From Candidatus Sysuimicrobiota bacterium (GTDB taxonomy: Bacteria > Sysuimicrobiota > Sysuimicrobiia > Sysuimicrobiales > Sysuimicrobiaceae): DNA of 63,207 nucleotides. Positions 22,125 to 32,494 of the stretch are shown piece after piece. The notes under the pieces are model-generated. The model did not search any database and was not told the DNA's origin. It saw only the letters and a list, made by a program, of their open reading frames with translations. The stretch covers positions 1 through 63,207 of the forward strand of contig PSLI01000008.1 in the NCBI GenBank assembly GCA_040289515.1, written 5' to 3'. The translations under genes were made by a program, and so were the position numbers. Each line of letters starts with the position of its first letter. The first letter of the stretch is position 1.

Positions 22125-22583
22125 ATGCAGCAGGCGGCGAGAGTGGCGCGACACCTGGATGACGTGAGGCGTGCGGTGGCCGAGGTTGTGCAGACTGTGG
22201 ACGACGTCCAGCTGAACCGGCGTCCGGAGGGGGTCTCCAACACCCCCGGGATCCTGGTGCGCCACGCGGTGGGATCGGAGCGGTACTGGATCCACCAGGT
22301 GGTGGGCGGGCACGACGTGCGGCGCGACCGGCAGGCAGAGTTCGACCCTTCCGTCCCGGTCCGCCGGGACGACCTGCTCCGACAGCTGGAGGAGGTGGCC
22401 CGCACGACCCACGAGGTGCTGGACGGCCTGCTGGACGAGCGCCTGGCGGATCCCGTGGAGGGGCAGGCGGGCGGGCGGACCCTGCAGATGGAGAAGGGGG
22501 ACGCCGTGCTGCGTGCGCTGGCGCACTGGGCCTACCACCACGGCCAGCTTCAGCTGATGCGCAGGCTGCTTGGGATCCCATGA
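22125..22583 (+). CDS. DinB family metalloprotein
   Basis: LVRHAVGSE and HWAYHHGQL His triad. Confidence 0.85.
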   Translation: MQQAARVARHLDDVRRAVAEVVQTVDDVQLNRRPEGVSNTPGILVRHAVGSERYWIHQVVGGHDVRRDRQAEFDPSVPVRRDDLLRQLEEVARTTHEVLDGLLDERLADPVEGQAGGRTLQMEKGDAVLRALAHWAYHHGQLQLMRRLLGIP

Positions 22584-22840
22584 GGGCCGCGGTGGCCTTC
22601 TTCTGGGTGGTGGCAGCGGCTGTGGAGGTGTACCGCCGCCTGGGAGGGCCGGTGCCGGGCCTGCTGGCGTTGCTTGGTCCGTACCTTACCCTGGCGGTGA
22701 CCGTGCTTCCGGCGGTGGAGGCCGTCCGGGAGTTCCGCGCCGGGGAACTGGTGGAGGGCCTCAAGTCCGTGCTGTGGGCGATCCCAGGAGCCATCACCCT
22801 CCTGGCCGGGCCTCCATGGCTGCGGTTTCTGAACCCCTAA
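22580..22840 (+). CDS. Small membrane protein, hypothetical
   Basis: Hydrophobic 86 aa; ATGA overlap with the upstream stop. Confidence 0.65.
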   Translation: MRAAVAFFWVVAAAVEVYRRLGGPVPGLLALLGPYLTLAVTVLPAVEAVREFRAGELVEGLKSVLWAIPGAITLLAGPPWLRFLNP

Positions 22841-22857
22841 CCGTGCGGGACACGGGC

Positions 22858-23256
22858 ATGCGGTGGGAGCCGGCTCCTGACCTGCACGCGCGGATGGCAC
22901 GGATCGTACAGGTGCTGGGGTTCTCCCACGTGAACCCGGCGCGTGTGCACTGCCTGCGGGTGTACGGGGCGCGGCCCAACGCCTGGGCGCGCATCTGGGG
23001 CCTGCCGCGGGTGTTTCAAGAGGCCCTGGGCATCCCCCCGGCGTACGTGGTGGAGTTTGTATGCCCGGCGTTCGACCGCTTGCCGCAGGGGGAGCAGGAC
23101 CGCGTGATGATCCACGAGCTGCTGCACATCCCCACCACCTTCAGCGGCGCGGTGCGGCCGGAACGGTCCCGGGGGATGCGCATCGACCGGAAGACGGTGG
23201 AGCGGTACTACCGCCGCTACCGGCAGGTGGCGGCTTCCAGCCCGGGCGGCCCGTAA
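22858..23256 (+). CDS. Putative metallopeptidase (HExxH)
   Basis: ARIWGLPRVFQEALG...IHELLHIP..FSG. Confidence 0.8.
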   Translation: MRWEPAPDLHARMARIVQVLGFSHVNPARVHCLRVYGARPNAWARIWGLPRVFQEALGIPPAYVVEFVCPAFDRLPQGEQDRVMIHELLHIPTTFSGAVRPERSRGMRIDRKTVERYYRRYRQVAASSPGGP

Positions 23257-23272
23257 TGCGGAAGCCCACGCC

Positions 23273-24208
23273 ATGACTCCGGACGCGCCCGTCCTGGAGG
23301 GTGTGGTGACGCGCGCGGTGGGAGCGTTCGCTTTCGTGTACCGGTCCGGCCAGACGTACCGCTGCGTGACCCGCGGGAAGCTGCGGAAGGTGGCAGGGAT
23401 CCGGGTGGTGCCGGGGGACCGGGTGCTGTTCACGCCCACGGGGCCGGAAGAAGGCCTCGTGCAGGACGTGCTGCCGCGGCGCTCACAGCTCACCAAGCCC
23501 GCCGCGCGCGATCCGGACCGCCTCCAGGTGCTGGCGGCCAATGTGGACCAGGCGTGTGTGGTGTTCGCTGCCGCGCAACCCGACCCGGATCCTATGGCGA
23601 TTGACCGGTTCCTGGCATTGGCGGAGGCATCCGGCCTGGAGCCTCTCCTGTGCTTCAACAAGCTGGACCTGGCGGACCCTGCAGAGCTGCGGTCTTTGTA
23701 CGAAGGGGTGGGCTACCGCGTCCTGGGCACAAGCGCCCGCACGGGGGCCGGGCTGCAGGAGCTGCGGGCGGCGCTGTCCGGGCACCTCACGGCGTTGGTG
23801 GGCCCCTCGGGGGTCGGCAAGAGCAGCCTCATCAACGCCCTGAACCCGCAGGCAGCTCGCAAGGTGGGCGAGCTGGGGCGGTGGGGCCGGGGCCGCCATA
23901 CCACCACGGACGCACAGCTCATCCCCGTGGGCACCGAGGGGTTCGTGGTGGACACACCGGGCCTGCAGGTTCTGGACTTCGTGCACCTGGATCCCGAGGC
24001 GGTACGCGCGGCGTTCCCGGACATCCTCCGGGCAGGGGCAGGGTGTCAGTTCCCAGACTGCTCCCACCGGCAGGAGCCGGGCTGCGCGGTCCGGGAGGCG
24101 GTGGCCCGGGGGGAGGTGGCGGCCTTACGCCTGCGGAGCTACTGGGCCCTGCTGGAGGAGGCGCTGGAGGCGTGGCGCATGCGCTACCGGTCGCGGCGGG
24201 AAGGATGA
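23273..24208 (+). CDS. rsgA: Ribosome small subunit-dependent GTPase A
   Basis: ANVDQ, NKLDL, GPSGVGKSS, GRHTT, DTPG, CQFPDCSHRQEPGC. Confidence 0.96.
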   Translation: MTPDAPVLEGVVTRAVGAFAFVYRSGQTYRCVTRGKLRKVAGIRVVPGDRVLFTPTGPEEGLVQDVLPRRSQLTKPAARDPDRLQVLAANVDQACVVFAAAQPDPDPMAIDRFLALAEASGLEPLLCFNKLDLADPAELRSLYEGVGYRVLGTSARTGAGLQELRAALSGHLTALVGPSGVGKSSLINALNPQAARKVGELGRWGRGRHTTTDAQLIPVGTEGFVVDTPGLQVLDFVHLDPEAVRAAFPDILRAGAGCQFPDCSHRQEPGCAVREAVARGEVAALRLRSYWALLEEALEAWRMRYRSRREG

Positions 24209-24849
24209 CGCGGGTGTACCTAGTGCGGCACGGCCAGACCACGTGGAACGCGGAGCGGCGCTACCAGGGGCGGCTGGACGCGCCCCTCACGGAGCTGGGG
24301 CGCAGCCAGATGCGGCGGCTTGCTGCGGCGCTGGCCTCGGAACCCGTGCGGGCGGTGTACACCAGCCCCCTGGGCCGTTGCCGGTGGGGTGCGGAGCGCA
24401 TCGCGGCGCAGCATGGATTGGAGCCGATCGTGGAGCCCGACCTGGTGGAGCTGGATCACGGGATCCTGGACGGGCTGCGGGTGGACGAGATGGAGGAGCA
24501 CGTGGGCCAGCTGGTGCGGCGGTGGTGGCAAAACCCGGCCGCGGTGCACCTGCCGGGCGGGGAGACCTTGGAGCAGGCACGGGCGCGCGCATACGGAGCC
24601 TTTTGTCGCATCGTAGAGCGGCATCCCGGGCAGACGGTGGTGGTGGTCGCTCACGGAGGGGTGAACAAGCTGATCCTCCTCACCCTGCTGGGTGCTCCCC
24701 TGGACAGCTACTTCCGGATCCAGCAGCACAACGGCGCGGTGAACCTGGTGGAGGTGCCGGCCGAGGGTGCCGCCCGCGTCGTGGCCATCAACGACACGTG
24801 TTATTTGCGCCTGCCCTCTCAGGACCCGGGGATGTTGGGTCAGGAGTAG
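24205..24849 (+). CDS. Histidine phosphatase family protein
   Basis: LVRHGQT, SPLGR, VAHGG. Confidence 0.9.
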   Translation: MTRVYLVRHGQTTWNAERRYQGRLDAPLTELGRSQMRRLAAALASEPVRAVYTSPLGRCRWGAERIAAQHGLEPIVEPDLVELDHGILDGLRVDEMEEHVGQLVRRWWQNPAAVHLPGGETLEQARARAYGAFCRIVERHPGQTVVVVAHGGVNKLILLTLLGAPLDSYFRIQQHNGAVNLVEVPAEGAARVVAINDTCYLRLPSQDPGMLGQE

Positions 24850-25240
24850 CGCAGCCGACGGAAAGCCCACAGGCCCGCAACCACCAGCGTGGCCAGCTGG
24901 GCCAGGACCGGGCTCGGCAGGGCGTAAAGGGCCGCGAGGGGAGCCCGCTGAGGGCCGCCAGGGCGCAGCCCATGGCGTGCGCGCTTGTGGGAAGCCTGCC
25001 CAGCAGGGACACCAGGGGCAGGGCAGCGGCGGCCGCCCAAGGGCAAGCCTCCAGGGCGCGCCGGGGACCCTTCCGCTGTCCCCACCGGGCTACCGGAGGC
25101 AGGAAAGCCGCCAGGCTCAGCCCCACGTGTTCGGGCAACACCTGGGCCTGCCCCGTGTAGAAAGGGAACAGCCGCAGGGTGACGGTCTGCACCAGCACGG
25201 AGGCGCCAAGGGCGCCCAGGGCGTACAGCGGCCCGACCAC
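24840..25240 (-). pseudogene. Hypothetical membrane protein with a -1 frameshift at about 24940
   Basis: Adding one C to the C4 run (plus GGGG 24938-24941) joins ...ALSGLP to LAALYALPSPVLAQLATLVVAGLWAF. Confidence 0.5.
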
Positions 25241-25242
25241 GC

Positions 25243-25821
25243 TCAGCGGATGAACACGGGCAGCGTGGCCAGGTGGATCAGGTCCGGGTCGTGGTACTGG
25301 TCGCCCTGTAGGATGACCGCGGCCTTGGCGGTGATGCGGGCGTCCAGCCGTTCCATGAGCAAGGTGGCGGCCCGCAGGGTGCCCCCGGTGCTCACCACGT
25401 CGTCCACCACCGCCACCCGCCGCCCGCGGATGCGCTCGGCATCCTCCCCGTTGAGGACCAGGGGGCGTAGGGAGCTCTCGGTGATGGACTGTACATCCAC
25501 CACCACGGGGTCCCGCATGTACTTCTTGACCGCCCGGCGGCAGGCCACGTACGGGAAGAACTGGCCGTGGCGGGGTTCCGACAGGTATGTGGCGATCATG
25601 TGCACGAGGGGAACGGACTTGGCCGTCAGCGACACCAGGGCGTCGAACTCCCGCAGCCGGAGCTCACTGGCCAGCGCCCGGGCGCAGGCGTTGGTCAGCT
25701 CCACATCTCCCCACAGGCGGAAGAAGGGGATCCACACGCCCTCCTGCACCTGCTCGATGGGCAGGCTCCGGCGGACGCCGGCCACCCGGATCTCGTAGCG
25801 GATCTGGCCCTGGTAGCGCAT
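25243..25821 (-). CDS. Adenine/purine phosphoribosyltransferase-like protein
   Basis: AKSVPL, VAVVDDVVSTGGT, LATLPVF. Confidence 0.85.
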   Translation of the reverse strand: MRYQGQIRYEIRVAGVRRSLPIEQVQEGVWIPFFRLWGDVELTNACARALASELRLREFDALVSLTAKSVPLVHMIATYLSEPRHGQFFPYVACRRAVKKYMRDPVVVDVQSITESSLRPLVLNGEDAERIRGRRVAVVDDVVSTGGTLRAATLLMERLDARITAKAAVILQGDQYHDPDLIHLATLPVFIR

Positions 25822-25911
25822 GTTTTTCCCTGCGGAACTCTGTTTACCGCGTACTGTAGCACAGCGCCAGGGACCTGCGAAGGCGGTAGAATGGCAAAAA
25901 TGGAGGTGTAG

Positions 25912-26781
25912 GTGGAGATCCCCCCGAACATGCGGCTGGTGGCGCTGCTGGGCGACCCGGTCCAGCACAGCCTGTCACCCCGTATGCACGCAGCGGCCTT
26001 CCAGGCGTGCGGGCTGCGGTGGGCGTACGTGGCGTTCCGGGTCCGACCGGAGGACCTGCCGGAGGCGGTGGCCGGGCTGCGGGCTTTGGGGTTCGCAGGT
26101 GCCAACGTCACCATCCCCCACAAGGTGGCCGTGCTGGAATTGTTGGACGAGCTGGACGCCTCCGCCAGACGGTGCGGGGCTGCCAACACCCTAGTGTTCC
26201 GGACCGACGGCCGGTCGGCAGGCTACAACACGGACGTGGCCGGCATGCGGCGGGCGCTCGCGGAAGCGGGGGTAGAGGTGCGCGGGCTGCACGCGGTGGT
26301 CCTGGGCGCGGGCGGGGCGGCCCGTGCTGCGTGCGCGGCGCTGGGGGAGGGGAAAGCCCGCCGCGTGGTGGTGCTGGGCCGCAGGCGGGACACAGCGCAG
26401 GCGGTGTGTGCGCGCATGCGCCAGGAGTTCCCCACCACGGATTTCGCAGCCCTGGGATTCGACCCCGCGTGCGTGCGCGCGGCCTTACAGGGGGCGGACT
26501 TGGTGGTCAACGCCACCCCAGTGGGCATGCACCCCCGGGGGGAAGACAGCCCGGTGGCGGAGGCGGCGTGGCTGCGGCCCGGCCAGGTGGTGTTCGACAT
26601 GGTGTACAACCCGCTGCGCACGCGGCTGCTGCAGCTGGCACGACAGGCAGGAGCCAGGACGGTGGGAGGCCTTTCCATGCTGGTGCACCAGGGTGCTGAA
26701 GCCTTCGAGCTGTGGACCGGGCTTTCGGCACCCATCGACGCGATGAAGCGGGCAGTGGGCCTGGTACACGCGGAGGTGTGA
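25912..26781 (+). CDS. aroE: Shikimate dehydrogenase
   Basis: HSLSP, NVTIPHK, GYNTD, GAGGAA, NATPVGM, DMVYNP. Confidence 0.95.
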   Translation: MEIPPNMRLVALLGDPVQHSLSPRMHAAAFQACGLRWAYVAFRVRPEDLPEAVAGLRALGFAGANVTIPHKVAVLELLDELDASARRCGAANTLVFRTDGRSAGYNTDVAGMRRALAEAGVEVRGLHAVVLGAGGAARAACAALGEGKARRVVVLGRRRDTAQAVCARMRQEFPTTDFAALGFDPACVRAALQGADLVVNATPVGMHPRGEDSPVAEAAWLRPGQVVFDMVYNPLRTRLLQLARQAGARTVGGLSMLVHQGAEAFELWTGLSAPIDAMKRAVGLVHAEV

Positions 26782-26782
26782 G

Positions 26783-27934
26783 GTGGCGGTACGACTTCTC
26801 ACCGCCGGGGAGTCGCACGGCCGCGGCTTGGTAGCGGTGGTGGAGGGGCTGCCCGCGGGGCTGCGAGTGGACGAGGAGTACATCGACCGGCAGCTGCTGC
26901 GCCGGCAACTGGGTTACGGCCGGGGCGGCCGCATGCAGATCGAGCGCGACCGCGCGGAGATCCTGGCCGGGGTGATGGACGGAGCCACCATCGGCGCGCC
27001 CGTGGGGGTGCTGGTGTGGAACCGGGACTGGCGTACCGGGGAAGCTCCCATCACCCGGCCAAGGCCTGGGCACGCGGACCTGGTGGGGGTGCAGAAGTAC
27101 GGGTTCGAGGACGTGCGCTACGCCCTGGAGCGGGCCAGCGCCCGCGAGACCGCGGCACGGGTGGCGGGGGGTAGTCTGGCGCGCCGCCTGCTGGAAGAGT
27201 TCGGGGTGGTGGTGTTCAGCCACGTGGTGGAGCTAGGCGGGGTGCGCGTGGAGCAGCTGCCCGAGCGGTGGGAGGAGATCCGTGACCGGGCGGAGGCTTC
27301 GGACCTACGCTGCGCGGATCCGCAGGCCGCGCAGCGCATGCGGGAGGCCATCGACGCGGCACGGGAGCGGGGGGATACCCTCGGCGGGGTGGTGGAGGTG
27401 GTGGTCCTGGGCGTCCCGCCGGGGCTTGGCTCGTACGTGCAGTGGGACCGGAAGCTGGACGGCCGGATCGCCCAGGCGGTGATGAGCGTACACGCCATCA
27501 AGGGCGTGGCGGTGGGCGACGCCTTCGCCGTGGCCGCCAGCCCTGGCCACCGGGCGCACGACGAGATCTTCTACGAGCCCGGCCGGGGATTCTACCGGGT
27601 CACCAACCGCGCGGGGGGGCTGGAGGGCGGGGTCACCAACGGCATGCCGCTGGTGGTGCGGGCGGCCATGAAACCCCTATCCACCCTGCGGAAGCCCCTG
27701 CACTCCGTGGACATCCGAACCGGAGAAGCTGCGCCGGGCGCGGTGGTACGCTCCGACGTCACGGCGGTGCCCGCGGCGGGGGTGGTGTGCGAGGCCATGG
27801 TGGCTTTGGTGCTGGCGGACGCCTTCTGTGAGAAGTTCGGCCAGGACACGGTGGAGGACATGCGACGAGCCTACCGCCGCTACGTGGAGCGGGCCCGGTG
27901 GCGACCCCCCGTTGCCCTTCGCAGCGCCCTGTGA
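26783..27934 (+). CDS. aroC: Chorismate synthase
   Basis: [28 protein letters not shown]. Confidence 0.97.
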   Translation: MAVRLLTAGESHGRGLVAVVEGLPAGLRVDEEYIDRQLLRRQLGYGRGGRMQIERDRAEILAGVMDGATIGAPVGVLVWNRDWRTGEAPITRPRPGHADLVGVQKYGFEDVRYALERASARETAARVAGGSLARRLLEEFGVVVFSHVVELGGVRVEQLPERWEEIRDRAEASDLRCADPQAAQRMREAIDAARERGDTLGGVVEVVVLGVPPGLGSYVQWDRKLDGRIAQAVMSVHAIKGVAVGDAFAVAASPGHRAHDEIFYEPGRGFYRVTNRAGGLEGGVTNGMPLVVRAAMKPLSTLRKPLHSVDIRTGEAAPGAVVRSDVTAVPAAGVVCEAMVALVLADAFCEKFGQDTVEDMRRAYRRYVERARWRPPVALRSAL

Positions 27935-29544
27935 GGAACGTCGTCCTGTACGGGTTCATGGGCGCGGGCAAGACCGCCGTCGGGCAGGAGGTGGCCCGCC
28001 GCCTGGGGTGGCCCTTCGTGGACACGGATCGGTTGGTGGAACGCAGGGCCGGCAAGAGGGTCACCCGTGTGTTCGACGAGGACGGGGAGGCCGCCTTCCG
28101 CGCCCTGGAACGGGAGGCGGTGGCGGAGGCGGCGCGCCTGCGCCCCGCGGTGGTAGCGTGCGGGGGGGGTGCGGTGCTGGACCCGGCCAACGCGCAGCTG
28201 CTCAAGTCTGCGGGCCACATGGTGTGGCTGCGGGCGCGAGTGGAATCGGTCCTGGGCAGGGCCTCCGGTGGGGACCGGCCGCTGCTACGGGGCGACAGCC
28301 GCGCGCAGGCGGCGAGCTTGCTGGCGGAGCGCACCCCGCGCTACGAGGCCCTGGCGGAGGTGGTGGTGGACACGGACGGGCTGGGTGTGGGCGAGGTGGC
28401 GTCCCGGGTGCTGGAAGCCGTGTTGCCGCGCGAGTGCCGCACTGTTTTGGTGCCGGTCTCGGCGGGTGGGTACCCCGTGCACGTGGGGGACGGGATCCTG
28501 CCCCTCGTGGGGGTCGAACTGAGCCGCTGCGGGGTGCGCAAAGCGGCCCTGGTGACCCACCCGCGTCTGTGGCGCCTGTACGGCGCGAGCCTGGCGCAGA
28601 CCCTGCAGGCCTGGGGTGTGGAGATTCTGCCCGTACTAGTTCCCCCGGGGGAGCGCAGCAAATCCCTGGGCACGGCTAGCCGGGTGTACGCTCGGATGGC
28701 CGCTGCGCAGCTGGATCGAACGGGCGCGGTGTTGGGCCTGGGTGGTGGCGTGGTGGGAGACCTGAGCGGGTTCGTGGCTGGTACATACATGCGCGGGGTC
28801 CGGTTGTTACTGCTCCCTACCACCCTCCTGGCCCAGGTGGACGCCAGTGTGGGGGGGAAGGCCGCGGTGAATGCGTCCACGGGAGCCCGCCGGGCGGCGG
28901 TGCGGAACCTCGTGGGGGTGTTCTGGCAGCCGCAGGCCGTGCTGAGCGATGTGGCCACGCTGCGCACCCTACCCGCGCGGGAGCTGCGCTCGGGGCTGGC
29001 GGAGTGCATCAAACACGGGGCCGTCCGGGACGCGGACCTGCTGGGGTGGATCGACCGGGAACTTCCCGCCCTGCTGGGGCGGCACCCGGACCGGCTGGTG
29101 GAGCTGGTGGCGCGCAGTGTGGCGGTGAAGGCACAGGTGGTGCAGCAGGACGAGCGGGAGACCTCGGGTGAGCGGGAGGTGCTCAACTTTGGCCACACCG
29201 TGGCGCACGCCCTGGAGGCTGCCACGGGCTACCGCGCTTACCTGCACGGGGAGGCGGTGGCGGCGGGGATGGCCGTGGAGGCCGAGATGGGCGTGCGAAT
29301 GGGACTCACGGACCCGCAGGCGGCGCGGGTCCTGCAGGAGGTGCTGCAGAGGGCAGGGCTGCCCACGCAACTTCCACAGGTCCCGGTGGAGACCCTGGTG
29401 TTTTTCATGGGTCTGGACAAGAAGGGCCGCGGAGGCCGGATGCGCTTCTGCCTGCTGGAGAGGCTTGGGTGCGCCCGGGTGGGTGTGGAGGTTCCGGAGG
29501 AGGTGGTGAGGTCAGTGCTGCGGGATCTGGGGGCGAGCGGATGA
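27931..29544 (+). CDS. aroB: Bifunctional shikimate kinase / 3-dehydroquinate synthase (AroK-AroB fusion)
   Basis: GFMGAGKT and GEAAFR, followed in frame by [33 protein letters not shown]. Confidence 0.93.
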   Translation: MRNVVLYGFMGAGKTAVGQEVARRLGWPFVDTDRLVERRAGKRVTRVFDEDGEAAFRALEREAVAEAARLRPAVVACGGGAVLDPANAQLLKSAGHMVWLRARVESVLGRASGGDRPLLRGDSRAQAASLLAERTPRYEALAEVVVDTDGLGVGEVASRVLEAVLPRECRTVLVPVSAGGYPVHVGDGILPLVGVELSRCGVRKAALVTHPRLWRLYGASLAQTLQAWGVEILPVLVPPGERSKSLGTASRVYARMAAAQLDRTGAVLGLGGGVVGDLSGFVAGTYMRGVRLLLLPTTLLAQVDASVGGKAAVNASTGARRAAVRNLVGVFWQPQAVLSDVATLRTLPARELRSGLAECIKHGAVRDADLLGWIDRELPALLGRHPDRLVELVARSVAVKAQVVQQDERETSGEREVLNFGHTVAHALEAATGYRAYLHGEAVAAGMAVEAEMGVRMGLTDPQAARVLQEVLQRAGLPTQLPQVPVETLVFFMGLDKKGRGGRMRFCLLERLGCARVGVEVPEEVVRSVLRDLGASG

Positions 29545-29984
29545 GGGTCCTGGTGCTATCCGGTCCGAACCTGAACCTGCTGGGCGAGCGGGAGCCGGAG
29601 GTGTACGGGCACCACACCCTGGCGGAGGTGGAGGCCATGGTACGGCAGCGGGCCTCGGAGCTGGGGGTGCTGGTACGGTTCGTGCAGTCCAACCACGAGG
29701 GGGTGCTGATCGACGAGCTGCACCAGGCGCGGGTCGACTGCGACGCGGTGGTGCTGAACCCCGGGGCCTTCACCCACACCTCTGTGGCCTTGCGGGATGC
29801 CATCGCGGCGCTGCGGATCCCGGTGGTGGAGGTTCACCTGTCCAACGTGCACGCCCGGGAGCCATTCCGGCGGAGGATGGTGCTGGCACCCGTAGTGCGG
29901 GGGCAGGTACTGGGCTTCGGGCCGTACAGCTACGTGCTGGGGCTGGAGGCGGTGGTGCACCTGGCGCGGGGAGGGCGCCGATGA
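29541..29984 (+). CDS. aroQ: Type II 3-dehydroquinate dehydratase
   Basis: GPNLNLLG.REP..YG, QSNHEG, NPGAFTH, EVHLSN. Confidence 0.96.
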   Translation: MRVLVLSGPNLNLLGEREPEVYGHHTLAEVEAMVRQRASELGVLVRFVQSNHEGVLIDELHQARVDCDAVVLNPGAFTHTSVALRDAIAALRIPVVEVHLSNVHAREPFRRRMVLAPVVRGQVLGFGPYSYVLGLEAVVHLARGGRR

Positions 29985-30349
29985 AGGTTCGGGGGATCCG
30001 CGGGGCGGTGCGGGTGGAGGCCAACACCCGGCAGGCCATCCGGGACGCCGCCCGGCGCCTCCTCACGGAGATGGTGCGGGCCAACGGGGTGGAACCCGAC
30101 GACGTGGCCGCGGTGATCTTCACGTGCACCCAGGACCTGGACGCCGCCTTCCCCGCGGAGGCTGCCCGGTCTTTGGGGTGGGACCGCGTGCCCCTGCTGT
30201 GCGCACAGGAGATGGAGGTCCCCGACTCCCTGCCTCAGGTGCTGCGGGTGCTGATGCTGGTGAACACCACCCTTACCCAGGAGGAGGTGGTGCACGTGTA
30301 CCTGGGAGAAGCCGAGCGGCTGCGGCCGGACCTGCACAGCGCGCAGTAG
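29981..30349 (+). CDS. aroH: Chorismate mutase, AroH class
   Basis: RGIRGA, FPAEAAR, HVYLGEAERLRPDL. Confidence 0.94.
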   Translation: MKVRGIRGAVRVEANTRQAIRDAARRLLTEMVRANGVEPDDVAAVIFTCTQDLDAAFPAEAARSLGWDRVPLLCAQEMEVPDSLPQVLRVLMLVNTTLTQEEVVHVYLGEAERLRPDLHSAQ

Positions 30350-30350
30350 C

Positions 30351-31640
30351 ATGGAGGTCCTGGACGTTCGGCCCGCTCGCATCTGGGGACGCTTCCGGCC
30401 GCCGGGGGACAAGTCCTGCAGCCATCGGGCCGTGCTGGTGGGGGCCCTCGGGCGGGGCACCACCGTGGCGCGGAACTTCCTGCAGGCCGAAGACACGCTA
30501 CGCAGCCTGGCGTGTGTGCGGGCCGTGGGGGTCCCTGTGGAGCTGGAGGGCAGCGTTCTGCGGGTGCACGGGCGGCAGCGGTGGTCCAGCCCGCACGAGG
30601 TGTTGGACGCGGGCAACTCCGGCACCACCCTGCGGCTTCTGTGCGGGCTGCTGAGCGGCCAGCCCGTGGAGGCGGTGCTGGACGGAGACGCCTCCCTGCG
30701 GAGGCGGCCCATGGATCGGGTGGTGGAGCCGCTCCGGCGCATGGGGGCGCAGGTAGACGCCCGGGAGGGTCGGTTTGCACCCGTGCGGGTAAGGGGGGGG
30801 AGGCTGGTGGCGGCACGGCACGCACTGTCGGTGGCCAGCGCCCAGGTGAAAGGTGCCGTGCTGCTGGCCGGGCTGTACGCGGAAGGGACCACCGCGGTGG
30901 TGGAACCCTCGCAGAGCCGCGATCATACGGAGCGCCTGCTGCGCGCCATGGGGGTCCCGGTGCGGACGCGGACGCTGGAAGAGGGGATGGTGGAGGTGAG
31001 CGTGGTGGGGCCCGCGGTCCCGGAGGCCGTCCAGGTGCAGGTGCCGGGAGATTTCTCTTCCGCCGCGTTTTTTGTGGCCGCGGCGGCCGCGCAGCCAGGT
31101 TCGGAGCTGGTGGTGGAGGGCGTGGGCCTCAACCCCACCCGCACGGGTCTGCTGGAGGTCCTGCAGGAAATGGGCTCGCGGGTGGGGGTGGAGGAGCTAC
31201 AGGAGCTGGCAGGCGAGCCGGTGGGGACCCTGCGGGTGCGGGGTGGACCCCTGCGAGGGGTCCGGGTGCGCGGGAGCCTGATCCCCCGCCTTATCGACGA
31301 GATCCCCGCCCTGGCGGTGGCAGCGGCCGCGGCGGAAGGCGAGACCGTGATTCAGGACGCGGGCGAGCTGCGCGTGAAGGAGTCCGACCGGATCCGCACG
31401 GTGGTGGCCGGGTTGAGAGCCGTGGGCGTGCAGGCGGAGGAGCTGCCCGACGGGCTGGTGGTGCGCGGGGGCGCGATCCGGGGCGGGTGCGTGGACGCCG
31501 AGGGAGACCACCGCATCGCCATGGCCTTCGCGGTAGCGGGGCTCCTGTCCCGGCAAGGCGTGCGGGTGCTTGGTGCGCACTCCGTGGCGGTGTCCTTCCC
31601 CGACTTCGGGCGCTGGCTGCGCCTGCTAGCGAGCCCGTGA
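30351..31640 (+). CDS. aroA: EPSP synthase
   Basis: PGDKSCSHR, GNSGTT, SAQVK, RDHTE, RVKESDR, DHRIAM. Confidence 0.97.
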   Translation: MEVLDVRPARIWGRFRPPGDKSCSHRAVLVGALGRGTTVARNFLQAEDTLRSLACVRAVGVPVELEGSVLRVHGRQRWSSPHEVLDAGNSGTTLRLLCGLLSGQPVEAVLDGDASLRRRPMDRVVEPLRRMGAQVDAREGRFAPVRVRGGRLVAARHALSVASAQVKGAVLLAGLYAEGTTAVVEPSQSRDHTERLLRAMGVPVRTRTLEEGMVEVSVVGPAVPEAVQVQVPGDFSSAAFFVAAAAAQPGSELVVEGVGLNPTRTGLLEVLQEMGSRVGVEELQELAGEPVGTLRVRGGPLRGVRVRGSLIPRLIDEIPALAVAAAAAEGETVIQDAGELRVKESDRIRTVVAGLRAVGVQAEELPDGLVVRGGAIRGGCVDAEGDHRIAMAFAVAGLLSRQGVRVLGAHSVAVSFPDFGRWLRLLASP

Positions 31641-32434
31641 CCGAGCCGGGCCAGCCTCCGGTGGTGCTGCTGCACGGGGCCGGCGCGGACTGCGCCCGGC
31701 TCAGCTGGAAGCACGTGCTGCCTCGGCTGGCCACCTCGGGCTTCCCCGTCCTGGCTCCTAACTTGCCAGGTCACGGCGGCACCCCGGAGCCCGAGCAACC
31801 CACCACGGCCGCCTACCGCGCGTGGCTGGCGCGGTGGCTCGACCGGACGGGAGCCGACCGGGTGTGCCTGGTGGGCCTGTCCCTGGGAGGCGCTCTGGCG
31901 CTGGGCTACACACTCCACCACCCGGAGCGTGTGCTCCGGGTGGTGCTGGTGGCCAGCTACGGGCTTTCGTACCGCGTGCCGTTCCACGGGCTGTTGCGGT
32001 GGTTGGTCCGTTCCCGCCTGCAGGGGCTGCTGGCAGCACCACCCCTGCAGGGCGAGTGGGGCCTGCGGCTGGGGCTTCGGCTGCTGGTGGGCGACTTCCA
32101 AGGGGTGGACACAGAGCTGGTAGAAGACGTGCGGCGCGCCCGCGCAGCGGCGAGTCCGGGCCTGTTCTGGCGATGGCTGGGTACCGAACTGGAGCTTCAG
32201 CGGGTTCGCACCTGTTACCGCGAGCGGCTGGGAGAGCTGCGCTGCCCGGTGCTCCTGGTCCACGGAGACCGCGACCGGTTGGTTCCCCTGCAGGACGCGC
32301 AAGCCGCATCGCAGGCCATTCCCCGGGGGCGACTGGTGGTCCTGCGCGGCTGCGGCCACTGGCCTCCCCGGGAGCGCCCGGCGGAGTTCTGGGCCCACCT
32401 GGGGACGTTCCTGGCTTCCGCGGAGCGGCGCTGA
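31637..32434 (+). CDS. Alpha/beta hydrolase
   Basis: LLHG, PGHG, GLSLGG nucleophile elbow, GDRD, CGHW. Confidence 0.88.
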   Translation: MTEPGQPPVVLLHGAGADCARLSWKHVLPRLATSGFPVLAPNLPGHGGTPEPEQPTTAAYRAWLARWLDRTGADRVCLVGLSLGGALALGYTLHHPERVLRVVLVASYGLSYRVPFHGLLRWLVRSRLQGLLAAPPLQGEWGLRLGLRLLVGDFQGVDTELVEDVRRARAAASPGLFWRWLGTELELQRVRTCYRERLGELRCPVLLVHGDRDRLVPLQDAQAASQAIPRGRLVVLRGCGHWPPRERPAEFWAHLGTFLASAERR

Positions 32435-32473
32435 TTTTCAAAGTTTTGGTCTATGTCTGAAGGTTTTTTTCGT
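32434..32473 (+). promoter_or_regulatory. AT-rich promoter/operator region upstream of the RpiR operon
   Basis: AT-rich island; imperfect palindrome TGAA-N7-TTCG at 32458-32472. Confidence 0.35.
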
Positions 32474-32494
32474 CCTGGGGAGAAGCACGTCCCC

